NCBI GenBank assembly: GCA_964607805.1 | Contig: CAZSLF010000003.1 | Location: 3,190-67,189, forward strand | Source: an uncultured Candidatus Saccharibacteria bacterium | Lineage (GTDB): Bacteria > Patescibacteriota > Minisyncoccia > Phycocordibacterales > CAIZLB01 | DNA: 64,000 bases | Direction of reading: 5' to 3' | In this document: piece by piece, positions 46,723-55,823 of the stretch | Layout of the letters: every line of letters starts with the position of its first letter | Numbering within the stretch: the first letter of the stretch is position 1 | Translations under genes and position numbers: made by a program | The notes under the pieces: model-generated | What the model saw: only the letters and a program-made list of their open reading frames with translations | Database searches by the model: none | Told to the model about the DNA's origin: nothing

Positions 46723-47400
46723 TTACCTACCGTCAGGATCAACTTTATATCCACGTCCTGGAACAGTATGAATAACTCTTTTTGTATCACCAGCTTCAAC
46801 TTTCTTTCGGAGATTTCTGACATGAGCTTCGACGGTATTTGAAAAAGGATCCGTCTCACGATTCCAAACTTCTTCTAATAATTCTCCTCGCGAAACCACT
46901 TCACCTTTTCTTTTCATAAGGCTTTGCAGAATAAGAAATTCTTTGCGAGTTAGATATACTCTTTTTCCATCTTTCTTTACCTCGGTTCTACGAGGGTCAA
47001 GCGTAAGGTCGTCTATAGTCAAAACCTCATCTGAAATTTTATAAGTTCTTCTTGTTAACGCATGTACTCTCGCTCTAAATTCATTGTAGGTAAATGGTTT
47101 AACCAAGTAATCATCTGCGCCGCTTTCAAGAAGGGTCACTTTATCGTTTGGATCTCCTTTCACAGACATCATCATGATAGGGGAATTAATGCCCTTTGTT
47201 CTAATATCCTTCACGATTTCCAAGCCATCTTTCCCAGGAAGAACATAGTCAATTATTATGAGTTGATACTCATGAGTTCTAGCAATATATGAACCGTTTA
47301 CACCGTCTTCACTATGGTCGACCGTATAATATTCTGATTCAAGCCCGCGTTTCAGGGAAAGTCTCAAGTGTTCATCGTCCTCAATTATTAGTATTCTCAT
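46723..47400 (-). CDS. OmpR-family DNA-binding response regulator
   Basis: MRILIIEDDEHL receiver with a winged-helix output (LTRKEFLILQSL...VEAHVRNLRKK...IHTVPGRGYK). The start at 47400 is preferred over the track start 47478. Confidence 0.88.
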   Translation of the reverse strand: MRILIIEDDEHLRLSLKRGLESEYYTVDHSEDGVNGSYIARTHEYQLIIIDYVLPGKDGLEIVKDIRTKGINSPIMMMSVKGDPNDKVTLLESGADDYLVKPFTYNEFRARVHALTRRTYKISDEVLTIDDLTLDPRRTEVKKDGKRVYLTRKEFLILQSLMKRKGEVVSRGELLEEVWNRETDPFSNTVEAHVRNLRKKVEAGDTKRVIHTVPGRGYKVDPDGR

Positions 47401-47497
47401 AGCTGTTTCTTGATTATTGATAATGGATAATGGCTTATTTATATAATATTGTAGATGAAATAAAGATGAAGAAAGCATGAAGTAAATCTTAAAACTG

Positions 47498-47575
47498 GGG
47501 ATAACCTCACAATATGCACCTTCTCCTGCTACGCTGTCGCTATTCGCATGAGAAGGTGCATATTGGAGTTATCCC
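47498..47575. repeat. long imperfect inverted repeat (about 26-bp arms, 24-nt GC-rich loop)
   Basis: GGGATAAC(CTCAC)AATATGCACCTTCTC - ctgctacgctgtcgctattcgcat - GAGAAGGTGCATATT(GGAG)TTATCCC. Confidence 0.8.
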
Positions 47576-47580
47576 ATATA

Positions 47581-47614
47581 AAAATTACTTCAGCTTTCAC
47601 TGAAGTAATTTTTT
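47581..47614. terminator. bidirectional intrinsic terminator (downstream of typA)
   Basis: AAAATTACTTCAG-CTTTCA-CTGAAGTAATTTT flanked by A and T tracts. Confidence 0.75.
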
Positions 47615-47671
47615 CCGAGTATTGTGAGAGAGCGGGGCAGGGTACGCAATCCGCGCGCAAAGTGCGACGCT

Positions 47672-49459
47672 TTACTTTTTAGCTTTACCTTTATCTCGAT
47701 CCGTCTTAGTTAAAAATTTCTTTCGTAGGCGAGTGAAGTTTGGAGTGATTTCTAGGTATTCATCGTCAGTCATTATTTCAAGACCTCGTTCAATTGTCAC
47801 TTCTAGTGCTGGGTTAAGGTAGATTGTAGCGTCAGTTCCGGATGCTCGCATGTTTGTAAGTTGTTTACCCTTTGTTGGGTTAACTTCCATTTCCTCTCCT
47901 TTAGAAGTGTTTCCAAGAACCATACCTGCATATACTTCAGCTCCTGGGGCAATATATAGCACACCACGATCTTGTAGAGTACCGAGTGCGAAGTGTAGAG
48001 CCTTTCCATTTTCCATAGAGATCATAGAACCTACTGCTCGCTTATCAATTACACCCGCATAAGGCTTGAAGCCTACGAATCGGCTAGACATAATTCCTTC
48101 ACCTTTAGTATCAACTACGAACTGACTTCGATATCCAAGAAGGCCTCGAGTTGGAATTTCAAATGTTAATCGACTTCCACCATCTTTCTGAACCATATTG
48201 TTCATAATACCTTTTCGCTTTCCAAGCTTGTCGATAATAGCGCCAGTAAATTCGTCTGGTGTGTCGATAATAACTTCTTCAAATGGTTCACACTTCTGAC
48301 CATCGATTTCCTTCATAATAACTTCAGGCTGAGAAACTTGGATTTCAAATCCTTCACGTCGCATCTGTTCAAGAAGAACGGCAACATGGAGTTCGCCTCG
48401 TCCATAAACCTTGAAAGCATCGGCGTTTGTAAAATCAACTTGTAGACCTACGTTTACTTCAAGTTCTTTTTCAAGTCGGTCACGAATCTGACGACTAGTT
48501 ACATATTTTCCATCTTTTCCTGCAAATGGAGAATCATTTACCAAAAAACTAAGTGAGATAGTTGGCTCGTCCACTGTAATTGTTGGAAGTGCTTCTGTAC
48601 TGTCCGCGTCAGTTACTGTGTCACCAATATAAATTTCTGGAATACCTGCAATCATAACTACATCACCTGCACCGGCTGAATCAACATCTTTTTTACCCAT
48701 ACCTTCGAAACCGAAGATTTTTGTGACACGGCCAGTTTTAACAGACCCGTCTGCTTTCTTTACGAAAACATTTGCGTTTGTCTTGATTGTTCCATTCCAA
48801 ATTCTTACAACAGCCATACGACCAAGATAATTATCATATGCAAGGTTAAAAGGCTGAGCTTGAAGTGGAGCTGCGACGTCAGAGGCTGCTGCTGGAATAT
48901 GACTTAGAATCATATCGAAAAGGGGATCAAGATTTATAAAATCATCTTCAAGTTTAATTTTTGCTTTTCCTTCACGACCAATTGCATATACAGTTGGGAA
49001 GTCTAATTGTGAATCGTTTGCACCGAGCTCAATAAATAGTTCGAGAATTTCATCATGCACTCGATGAGGGTCAGCTGCTGGCTTATCTAATTTATTTAAA
49101 ACAACAATTGGCTTCAAACCAAGCTCAAGAGATTTTTTAAGTACGAAACGAGTTTGAGGCATAGGGCCTTCCTGAGCATCAACAATCAAAATCACACAAT
49201 CAATAGATCGGAGAACTCGCTCTACTTCAGAACCGAAGTCGGCGTGACCTGGTGTATCGATAATATTTACCTTTGTTCCCTTATATGTAAGAGAGGCGTT
49301 CTTAGCGTAAATAGTAATACCTCGCTCTTGTTCTAGAGCGTTTGAGTCCATACTTCCAGCATCTTCCTTTACTGCACCTGCCGCTTTCATCATGGCATCT
49401 ACAATTGTAGTTTTGCCGTGGTCCACGTGGGCGATAATAGCTATATTTCGAATTTCCAT
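47672..49459 (-). CDS. typA: translational GTPase TypA/BipA
   Basis: IRNIAIIAHVDHGKTT, DTPGHADF, NKLD G-motifs. 595 aa with the BipA-type C-terminal domain. Confidence 0.92.
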   Translation of the reverse strand: MEIRNIAIIAHVDHGKTTIVDAMMKAAGAVKEDAGSMDSNALEQERGITIYAKNASLTYKGTKVNIIDTPGHADFGSEVERVLRSIDCVILIVDAQEGPMPQTRFVLKKSLELGLKPIVVLNKLDKPAADPHRVHDEILELFIELGANDSQLDFPTVYAIGREGKAKIKLEDDFINLDPLFDMILSHIPAAASDVAAPLQAQPFNLAYDNYLGRMAVVRIWNGTIKTNANVFVKKADGSVKTGRVTKIFGFEGMGKKDVDSAGAGDVVMIAGIPEIYIGDTVTDADSTEALPTITVDEPTISLSFLVNDSPFAGKDGKYVTSRQIRDRLEKELEVNVGLQVDFTNADAFKVYGRGELHVAVLLEQMRREGFEIQVSQPEVIMKEIDGQKCEPFEEVIIDTPDEFTGAIIDKLGKRKGIMNNMVQKDGGSRLTFEIPTRGLLGYRSQFVVDTKGEGIMSSRFVGFKPYAGVIDKRAVGSMISMENGKALHFALGTLQDRGVLYIAPGAEVYAGMVLGNTSKGEEMEVNPTKGKQLTNMRASGTDATIYLNPALEVTIERGLEIMTDDEYLEITPNFTRLRKKFLTKTDRDKGKAKK

Positions 49460-49672
49460 TTTAATTTGATTATTTGTTGATTGTTGTTTTTCTTGAAAAT
49501 GACCTGTCGGTTATGACGACGAGCTCATTTTTCAATTAATAATTGTGAAAAAAATAAAAGGCCAAGAGCCTTATATAATTGAGCAAAACTATACATTATT
49601 TATCTGAAAAAGAAAAGAGCCCCACCCCTGGAGGGGGGTGGAGCTTGAATTCAGTTGTCGCCGATCTTTCGA

Positions 49673-50068
49673 TCAGACTTTGAGGACGACTCTGTCGTAC
49701 TTGGACCATGGCCGCTTGACCGAATCCGGCATAGTCAGAGTAACCTGACCAATACTGGGATCGACTTTGCTGACCGTATGGCATTGAATCACCTCGCCGT
49801 CGCGCAGGAAGACATGCAGGATGTTACCCTCGTCTTTCGCACGCTTCAGCGTTGATACATACTCAGGATTGTGAGCCAGTGAGAGTTGGAGCTCATCCGT
49901 GGTGAACGAATGGTCTCCGACTGACCTCTGGGTGTCGGCAATACTTGAGCCACGTGGCGTGTGAACTGACATTCGCGGTGCTGTCATGATGACAACGCCC
50001 ACGGCGGCAGCCAATGCGGTGATTACGATGGGTTTTAATCCACCTTCATTCAAAACAACCTTTTTCAT
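49673..50068 (-). CDS. hypothetical exported/membrane-anchored protein
   Basis: 131 aa, one N-terminal hydrophobic helix, GC-rich relative to neighbours. Terminator CCACCCCCCTCCAGGGGTGGGG plus T-tract at about 49610-49645 (minus strand). Confidence 0.5.
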   Translation of the reverse strand: MKKVVLNEGGLKPIVITALAAAVGVVIMTAPRMSVHTPRGSSIADTQRSVGDHSFTTDELQLSLAHNPEYVSTLKRAKDEGNILHVFLRDGEVIQCHTVSKVDPSIGQVTLTMPDSVKRPWSKYDRVVLKV

Positions 50069-50308
50069 ATGGAAGTACTAACTGAGTTTCTGAGTTTATT
50101 ACCTCGATGTCAGGTCCCCTGACAGCGCAACTTGCTACCAAGGGATTCACCTGCCCACGAAGTAACAGATAAAATAGTATTCCTCTTAAAATAGCTGTCA
50201 AGGGGAGGTGTGACTATCAAAAGTGGAAATTTAAGCATTGCCGCGAGTTTCCTTGAGTGCCTGATTGACATCCTCTTAGAAATACTTAACATATCAAGTA
50301 TTATCACT

Positions 50309-50803
50309 ATGAAAGCAAGAGCCTTCCAGAACCAATTTATTGAGTCTTTGTTTGTATCCGCTATGGTGCTTGAGCGCCATATGGATGCAGTTCTTCGGGC
50401 GCAGGGATTTTCTGGTATGTCTCAGGTTAAGATTTTGACAGCAATTGATCGCACACATCTCTGTAGTCATGGAAAAGATTGCACACAATCTTTGATAGCA
50501 CATGCTCTTGGGGTGTCTGAGGCGGCCATTAGCCGGCAAATACTTAATCTTGAAAGAAATAAACTTGTTATAAGAGGTCATGATCCTTCAGAAAAAAGGA
50601 GAGTGCTGCTCAAACTGACTGCGAACGGTAGAAAGAGTATGCTAAAATCATTGAGTATATTGGATAAAGAACTAAAAAGAGTTCTGAAACCATTATCTCG
50701 GACGGTGGAGGCACAGCTCGTCACGAATTTGAAGAAAGTCCTTGAGTCATTATCAAAAAATACACATCACTATGAAATCAATTCTATCAACAACAAAAAA
50801 TAA
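50309..50803 (+). CDS. MarR-family transcriptional regulator
   Basis: Winged-helix segment SQVKILTAI...QSLIAHALGVSEAAISRQILNLERNKLVIRGHDPSEKRRVLLKLTANG. The ATG at 50309 is preferred to the upstream extension. Confidence 0.8.
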   Translation: MKARAFQNQFIESLFVSAMVLERHMDAVLRAQGFSGMSQVKILTAIDRTHLCSHGKDCTQSLIAHALGVSEAAISRQILNLERNKLVIRGHDPSEKRRVLLKLTANGRKSMLKSLSILDKELKRVLKPLSRTVEAQLVTNLKKVLESLSKNTHHYEINSINNKK

Positions 50804-52406
50804 AATCGCAAATTTTTTCAAGTATATTTGGGAAAATAAAAAGAAACCTCGAGTTTTTATAACTGCGATTATTCTTATTATCGCAATAATATTTTTTGCA
50901 ATGCCAAGTGCCGGTTCTGCTGACTATGCACTAGAGGACGCTAAGATGGGTGATTTCATACAAGAAGTTGCGGTAACAGGAAAAGTAACTCCAGCGGAAA
51001 AAGTTGATCTTGGTTTTGAAGTAGGAGGAAGAGTTTCTAGTGTAAAAGTAAAAGTTGGAGATGTTGTAAAAAAAGGTACAGTTCTAGCTTCAATTTCAAA
51101 CGCTGACTATCTTGCTTCACTTCAAAAAAGTCAGGCAACATATCAAAGTGAACAAGCAAGACTTAGAGAATTGGAGAATGGCGCTCGTCCAGAAGAACTG
51201 GCAATAGCAAATTCAGATCTACAGGTTGCAACTCAAAACGTTGAGCAGGCGAAACTTCAATTAGTAGAAGAAATCAAAGATACATATTCTAAGGCAGATG
51301 AAGCTATTAAAAACAAAGCGGATCAAGTTTTTAGATATCCTCGAACAACAAGTCCTGAATTAATTTTCTTTGTTGATGGAAACACAACTCTAAAACCTGC
51401 AATTGAATTTCAGAGACTAAGAATTACAGAACAATTTCCAGCATGGCAAAATTTAGTGGCGACAGTAAATACTCAGAATATTTCAGATGTTAAATATGGT
51501 GAAGCGAAAAAATACTTAACTCAAGTACAGACTCTTCTAAATGATTTGAATACAGCACTAACTGCAACAAGTCAAAATCTAAGTAGTGATTCAACACTTG
51601 CTGGGTATAGAGCGGATATTATTCTTGCCAGAACAAATGTTAACTCTGCAATTCAAGCTCTAAACAGTGCGTACAATACTTTGAAGAACAATGAATCAGC
51701 AAAGGGAAGAGCGGAAGAAACTCTAGGTCTTAAAAAAGCTGGAAGTACTGCAGAAGAAATTGCAGCACAGAGAGCGAATGCAAATAGTGCGGCAGCTGGA
51801 ATTTCAAGTGCATCTGCTTCTTTGAGTAAGACTTTAATTGTTGCGCCTTTTGATGGAATTGTGACAAGAGTAGAATTCAAAGCTGGTGAATCTGTTAGTC
51901 CAACAGATGCGGTTGTGACTATCATGAGTGATGCTGCTTTTGAAATCGAAACATTTGTTTCGGAAACAGATGTAGCTAAATTGAAAGTGGGCCAGATTGC
52001 AAAGGTAACTTTGGATGCACTTGGGGATGCTATTGTATTCGATGCAACTATTAGCCAAGTTGATCTTTCTGAAACTATTAAAGATGGAATCGTGACATAT
52101 AAAACTCGTATGCAGTTTATTTCTAAGGACGAAAGAATTAAGTCAGGTCTTACAGCAAACGTAATTGTTGAAACTGATAGACGAGGTGATGTTATTAAAG
52201 TTCCTCAATCTGCAATTGTAATAGTTAAGGGTAAGAAGCATGTAAAGGTTGTTCCAGCTGGAACTCTAGAGTGGTCTAGTGCTGTTGATAAGAGTGCGGT
52301 GGTGGCGCCAGTTTCAACTGGGGGTATTGATAGAGAAGGTGATATTGAAATCGTATCTGGAATTAAAGTAGGCGATAAAATAATTGTGCGAGCTGAGAAA
52401 GAATAG
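50772..52406 (+). CDS. HlyD/MacA-type periplasmic adaptor (membrane fusion) protein
   Basis: N-terminal TM, lipoyl-like halves (VTGKVTPAEKVDLGFEVGGRV..., APFDGIVTRV), long coiled-coil hairpin, beta-barrel. Confidence 0.85.
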   Translation: MKSILSTTKNKIANFFKYIWENKKKPRVFITAIILIIAIIFFAMPSAGSADYALEDAKMGDFIQEVAVTGKVTPAEKVDLGFEVGGRVSSVKVKVGDVVKKGTVLASISNADYLASLQKSQATYQSEQARLRELENGARPEELAIANSDLQVATQNVEQAKLQLVEEIKDTYSKADEAIKNKADQVFRYPRTTSPELIFFVDGNTTLKPAIEFQRLRITEQFPAWQNLVATVNTQNISDVKYGEAKKYLTQVQTLLNDLNTALTATSQNLSSDSTLAGYRADIILARTNVNSAIQALNSAYNTLKNNESAKGRAEETLGLKKAGSTAEEIAAQRANANSAAAGISSASASLSKTLIVAPFDGIVTRVEFKAGESVSPTDAVVTIMSDAAFEIETFVSETDVAKLKVGQIAKVTLDALGDAIVFDATISQVDLSETIKDGIVTYKTRMQFISKDERIKSGLTANVIVETDRRGDVIKVPQSAIVIVKGKKHVKVVPAGTLEWSSAVDKSAVVAPVSTGGIDREGDIEIVSGIKVGDKIIVRAEKE

Positions 52407-52464
52407 TGCGCGAGGATAATTAATCTGTAAACTAAGTATAAAAGTATAAAAGCGCGAAATAAAT

Positions 52465-53721
52465 ATGAAAAATCACCTCCGAGTAGCATTCTTCCTAGCA
52501 ATAAGACAAGTTAAACATGCCAGTATTTGGACTACGGGTTTGATTATTTTAATCATGACTTTAACTTTTTTGAACCTGACTGTTGTAAGTGGAGTACTGG
52601 TTGGTTTGATTCAAAGTTCAGTTGAAGCAGCGAAAGATAGATACTCTGGAGATATTGTAGTGACAAGTTTGAGACAAAATCCATATATTGAAAAATCAAA
52701 TGAAATATTGAACGTGATAAATAACTTGCCACAAGTTGAAAGTGTTGCAGGGCGTGTAATTGCAAGTGGAAAGATAAACGCGGATTATCGAAGAATTCTT
52801 CGAGATGATGAAACTCCAAATGCAACAGGGGCTAGTATTGGAGGAATTGAACCCTTAGTTGAGGATCAGATAACTGGTCTGTCTAAATTTGTAATTGAAG
52901 GATCGTATTTGGATGAGAACGACCGGGACGGTGTTTTGATTGGTGCCTATTTAATTCGTGAATTAACACCTGTTGATTCTCCTGGATTTACTCAGCTTCG
53001 TGATGTAAAAATAGGGCAAAAAATGAAATTAACTGTAGGAAATAATTCTAAAGAAGTAATCGTTCGTGGAATTATGAAGTCGAAGATTGATCAAATCGAC
53101 GCTCGTGTGATTATGAATCAAAGTGAATTGCGAAAGCTGATTGGGCGGTCGGATTACAATCTAGATGAAATTGCAATTCGAGTTGAGGACGGTGCAAGCG
53201 AGGCTGAAGTATTGGAAGTTAAAAATATTCTTATTCAAAATGGTTTCGATGCTAATGCAAATATTCAAACATTTGAAGAGGCTTTACCTAAGTTTTTGAA
53301 AGATATGACAGCTATGTTTGGTCTTCTTGGAAATATGATTGGTTCGATCGGCTTGGTTGTTGCGTCAATTACTGTATTTATTGTAGTGTTTGTAAATGCG
53401 ATTACACGCCGAAAATTTATTGGTATTTTGAAGGGGATCGGTGTTCACTCTAGAGTTATTGAATTCTCGTATGTTATTCAGTCTATTTTCTATGCGGTGC
53501 TCGGGTCTGCAATTGGTATGCTGCTATTGTATGGATTTCTTGTGCCCCTTGTCGACGCACATCCTATTAACTTTCCTTTCAGTGATGGAACAATCTTCGC
53601 GCCTCTTAGTAGCTCTATGTGGAGGGTCTTCGCACTGTTCGTCGCTTCTGTAATTGCAGGTTATGTTCCGGCACGTATGATTGTTAAAAGAAATACGCTT
53701 GATGCTATTTTAGGACGATAA
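52465..53721 (+). CDS. ABC transporter permease, FtsX/MacB type
   Basis: TM1, then a large extracytoplasmic domain, then three C-terminal TM helices (FtsX fold). 418 aa. Confidence 0.85.
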   Translation: MKNHLRVAFFLAIRQVKHASIWTTGLIILIMTLTFLNLTVVSGVLVGLIQSSVEAAKDRYSGDIVVTSLRQNPYIEKSNEILNVINNLPQVESVAGRVIASGKINADYRRILRDDETPNATGASIGGIEPLVEDQITGLSKFVIEGSYLDENDRDGVLIGAYLIRELTPVDSPGFTQLRDVKIGQKMKLTVGNNSKEVIVRGIMKSKIDQIDARVIMNQSELRKLIGRSDYNLDEIAIRVEDGASEAEVLEVKNILIQNGFDANANIQTFEEALPKFLKDMTAMFGLLGNMIGSIGLVVASITVFIVVFVNAITRRKFIGILKGIGVHSRVIEFSYVIQSIFYAVLGSAIGMLLLYGFLVPLVDAHPINFPFSDGTIFAPLSSSMWRVFALFVASVIAGYVPARMIVKRNTLDAILGR

Positions 53722-53739
53722 ATTAATAAACTGAAAACC

Positions 53740-54456
53740 ATGACAGCCATTATCTCAACAAAAAATCTTACAAAAACTTTTACAGACGGTGATCGAATCA
53801 CACGAGTTTTGAAGGATATTAATATTGAAATTAAACAAGGGGAATTTGTTGTGGTAATGGGTCGCTCTGGCGCAGGAAAATCTACATTGCTATATCAAAT
53901 GGGATTGCTGGATGAACCGACAAGTGGAGAGGTGATTGTTGGTGGAGTTCATACACAAAATTTAACAAATGATGAAAAGACAAAATATCGTCTTGATAAA
54001 TTAGGATACGTTTTTCAGGATTATGCTTTGCTTCCTGATTTAACAGCAAAGGAAAATGTTGCAGTACCACTTCTGATGCAAGGACATACTATGACTCATG
54101 CTTATGCTATGGCAGAGGACGCACTGACCAAAGTAGGATTGGCTGATAAATTTAATAATCTACCAGCGAAGTTATCCGGAGGTCAGCAGCAGCGCGTGTC
54201 TATCGCACGCGCTATTGCCCACAGCCCCACTATTATTTTCGCAGATGAACCTACTGCTAACCTTGATTCTGAAAGTTCAATTATGATTTTAAATATTTTT
54301 TCTGATTTGCATGCGAAGGGTCAGACAATTATTATGGTGACGCATGAAGAAGAATATTCTCTAGCGGCTGATCGTGTGATTATTATGAAAGATGGTGTTA
54401 TCGAGGAAGAAAAGCATCAGAAGAAGGTGAAGCATGAGCATAAGATTGTAGGGTAG
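53740..54456 (+). CDS. ABC transporter ATP-binding protein (MacB/LolD-type)
   Basis: Walker A GRSGAGKST, signature LSGGQQQRVSIARA, Walker B IIFADEPT. Confidence 0.9.
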   Translation: MTAIISTKNLTKTFTDGDRITRVLKDINIEIKQGEFVVVMGRSGAGKSTLLYQMGLLDEPTSGEVIVGGVHTQNLTNDEKTKYRLDKLGYVFQDYALLPDLTAKENVAVPLLMQGHTMTHAYAMAEDALTKVGLADKFNNLPAKLSGGQQQRVSIARAIAHSPTIIFADEPTANLDSESSIMILNIFSDLHAKGQTIIMVTHEEEYSLAADRVIIMKDGVIEEEKHQKKVKHEHKIVG

Positions 54457-54581
54457 GTGCTGAGCTTACTCACCTGGCGAACTCGAGGCTAAGTTGCCAC
54501 AAATTTGAATATATTGTATAGTTTTGCCAGAAATTTCAGCGCTCTTGCTGGAATGTAGTTTGAAAATCAACCCTGTTTTAT

Positions 54582-55742
54582 ATGACTCTAAATGATTGTG
54601 AAGGGCTTTCTGTTGGAATCAGTACGGTAAGGGCGGTAGCCGCCCAGGCAATTCTGCGCCGCAGATTCAGCGCCTGCTCAATAGGTATGGTGAGGAAGGA
54701 TGCACGCATGGTGGCCAATTTCGGCACACATGCATATCCTGATTTGGGTTATCCTCATGTTGCAACTCACAATGGTTCGCGATTCGATATCGCATCGATC
54801 ACAAAGAGTATTCCAGTTGCACTGCTCACTTTGTGGGCGGTCACTGAAGGGCTTTTAACTTTGGATACGCCAGTATTGAAGTTTTTTCCGGACATGAAGT
54901 GTAATACCTTTGAAAGTCCGACAATTCACGACCTATTGGCTTACCGTGCTTGGCTTGAAACAGCTTGGCTTCAAAAGCCATACAGCCAATTTTCGCCATC
55001 AGAGCTCTATAAAGCTCTGACTAAGACGAATATTTCTCTGACGAGATCACAATTCCATTATGGGAACCAGGCGCCTATGCTCCTTGGATTTATCCTTGAG
55101 CAGGTTACGAAAATGTGCCTGGAAGAATTGGCACAACATGTGCTTTTCGATCTTCTCGGTATGAAGGATACGACTTTCTGGCCAGAAGCTGGCGACGATA
55201 AAAATTACGTCTATACAGAAGGTGATAAACCCGGCGTGGTTCACGATGAAATTACTCGTGCTATCGCAAGACCGTCAGGTGCATCGGGTGTATTCTCGAC
55301 CTCTTCAGATCTTTTGCTTCCACTCAGACTTCTTCTCAACAAAGGGGCTTGGGAGGGCAAGCAATTAATCCGCGAGGATTTGATTGCTCAAATTGGTGTG
55401 AACCAATTAGGCTCCGGAACCATGTTTGGTCTTGGTTTTGGAGTTTGGGAGCAGTTCTTGAAAGGTTTCGAGGAAATGCCTAAATCGGTTCGTAAATACG
55501 TGGAGGAGAAGACTCGAGGTGCATATTTCAAGCTTGGGTACACTGGCACCATGTGTGCTGTATTTCCTGAGCTTGATACGGGTATCGTCATCCTTACGAA
55601 CACTGTGCATCCTACTCGAGAAGGTTCATCGCTCAAGATTAACCAGCTTCGGTATATCTTGTGCATGTTGCTTTTGACGAATGAATTCCCGTTGGGTGCC
55701 GACGGTTGGTGGCGGGATACGCGAGAGCAGGGTGATGAATGA
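54582..55742 (+). CDS. serine hydrolase, beta-lactamase/PBP4*-related family
   Basis: SxxK motif in FDIASITKS. Class-C-like length. Locally GC-rich. The N-terminal boundary is uncertain. Confidence 0.7.
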   Translation: MTLNDCEGLSVGISTVRAVAAQAILRRRFSACSIGMVRKDARMVANFGTHAYPDLGYPHVATHNGSRFDIASITKSIPVALLTLWAVTEGLLTLDTPVLKFFPDMKCNTFESPTIHDLLAYRAWLETAWLQKPYSQFSPSELYKALTKTNISLTRSQFHYGNQAPMLLGFILEQVTKMCLEELAQHVLFDLLGMKDTTFWPEAGDDKNYVYTEGDKPGVVHDEITRAIARPSGASGVFSTSSDLLLPLRLLLNKGAWEGKQLIREDLIAQIGVNQLGSGTMFGLGFGVWEQFLKGFEEMPKSVRKYVEEKTRGAYFKLGYTGTMCAVFPELDTGIVILTNTVHPTREGSSLKINQLRYILCMLLLTNEFPLGADGWWRDTREQGDE

Positions 55743-55776
55743 TATCTTTTGCTCTTTAGTATGATTATCATGCGCG

Positions 55777-55808
55777 AGCGCGCCGTCCTTGGACGGCGCG
55801 CTTTTTTC
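55777..55808 (+). terminator. intrinsic terminator
   Basis: GCGCGCCGTCC-TTG-GACGGCGCGC followed by T6. Confidence 0.85.
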
Positions 55809-55823
55809 GTTTATAGTATATAA

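Noticed and set aside
49515-49552. 10-nt string CTCGTCGTCA (minus strand) in the typA 5' region, shared with the tRNA-associated GC-rich element
   Set aside because: Only 10 nt match and the flanks are unrelated. It sits in the loop of a local 8-bp hairpin (GAAAATGA...TCATTTTC). Treated as coincidence.
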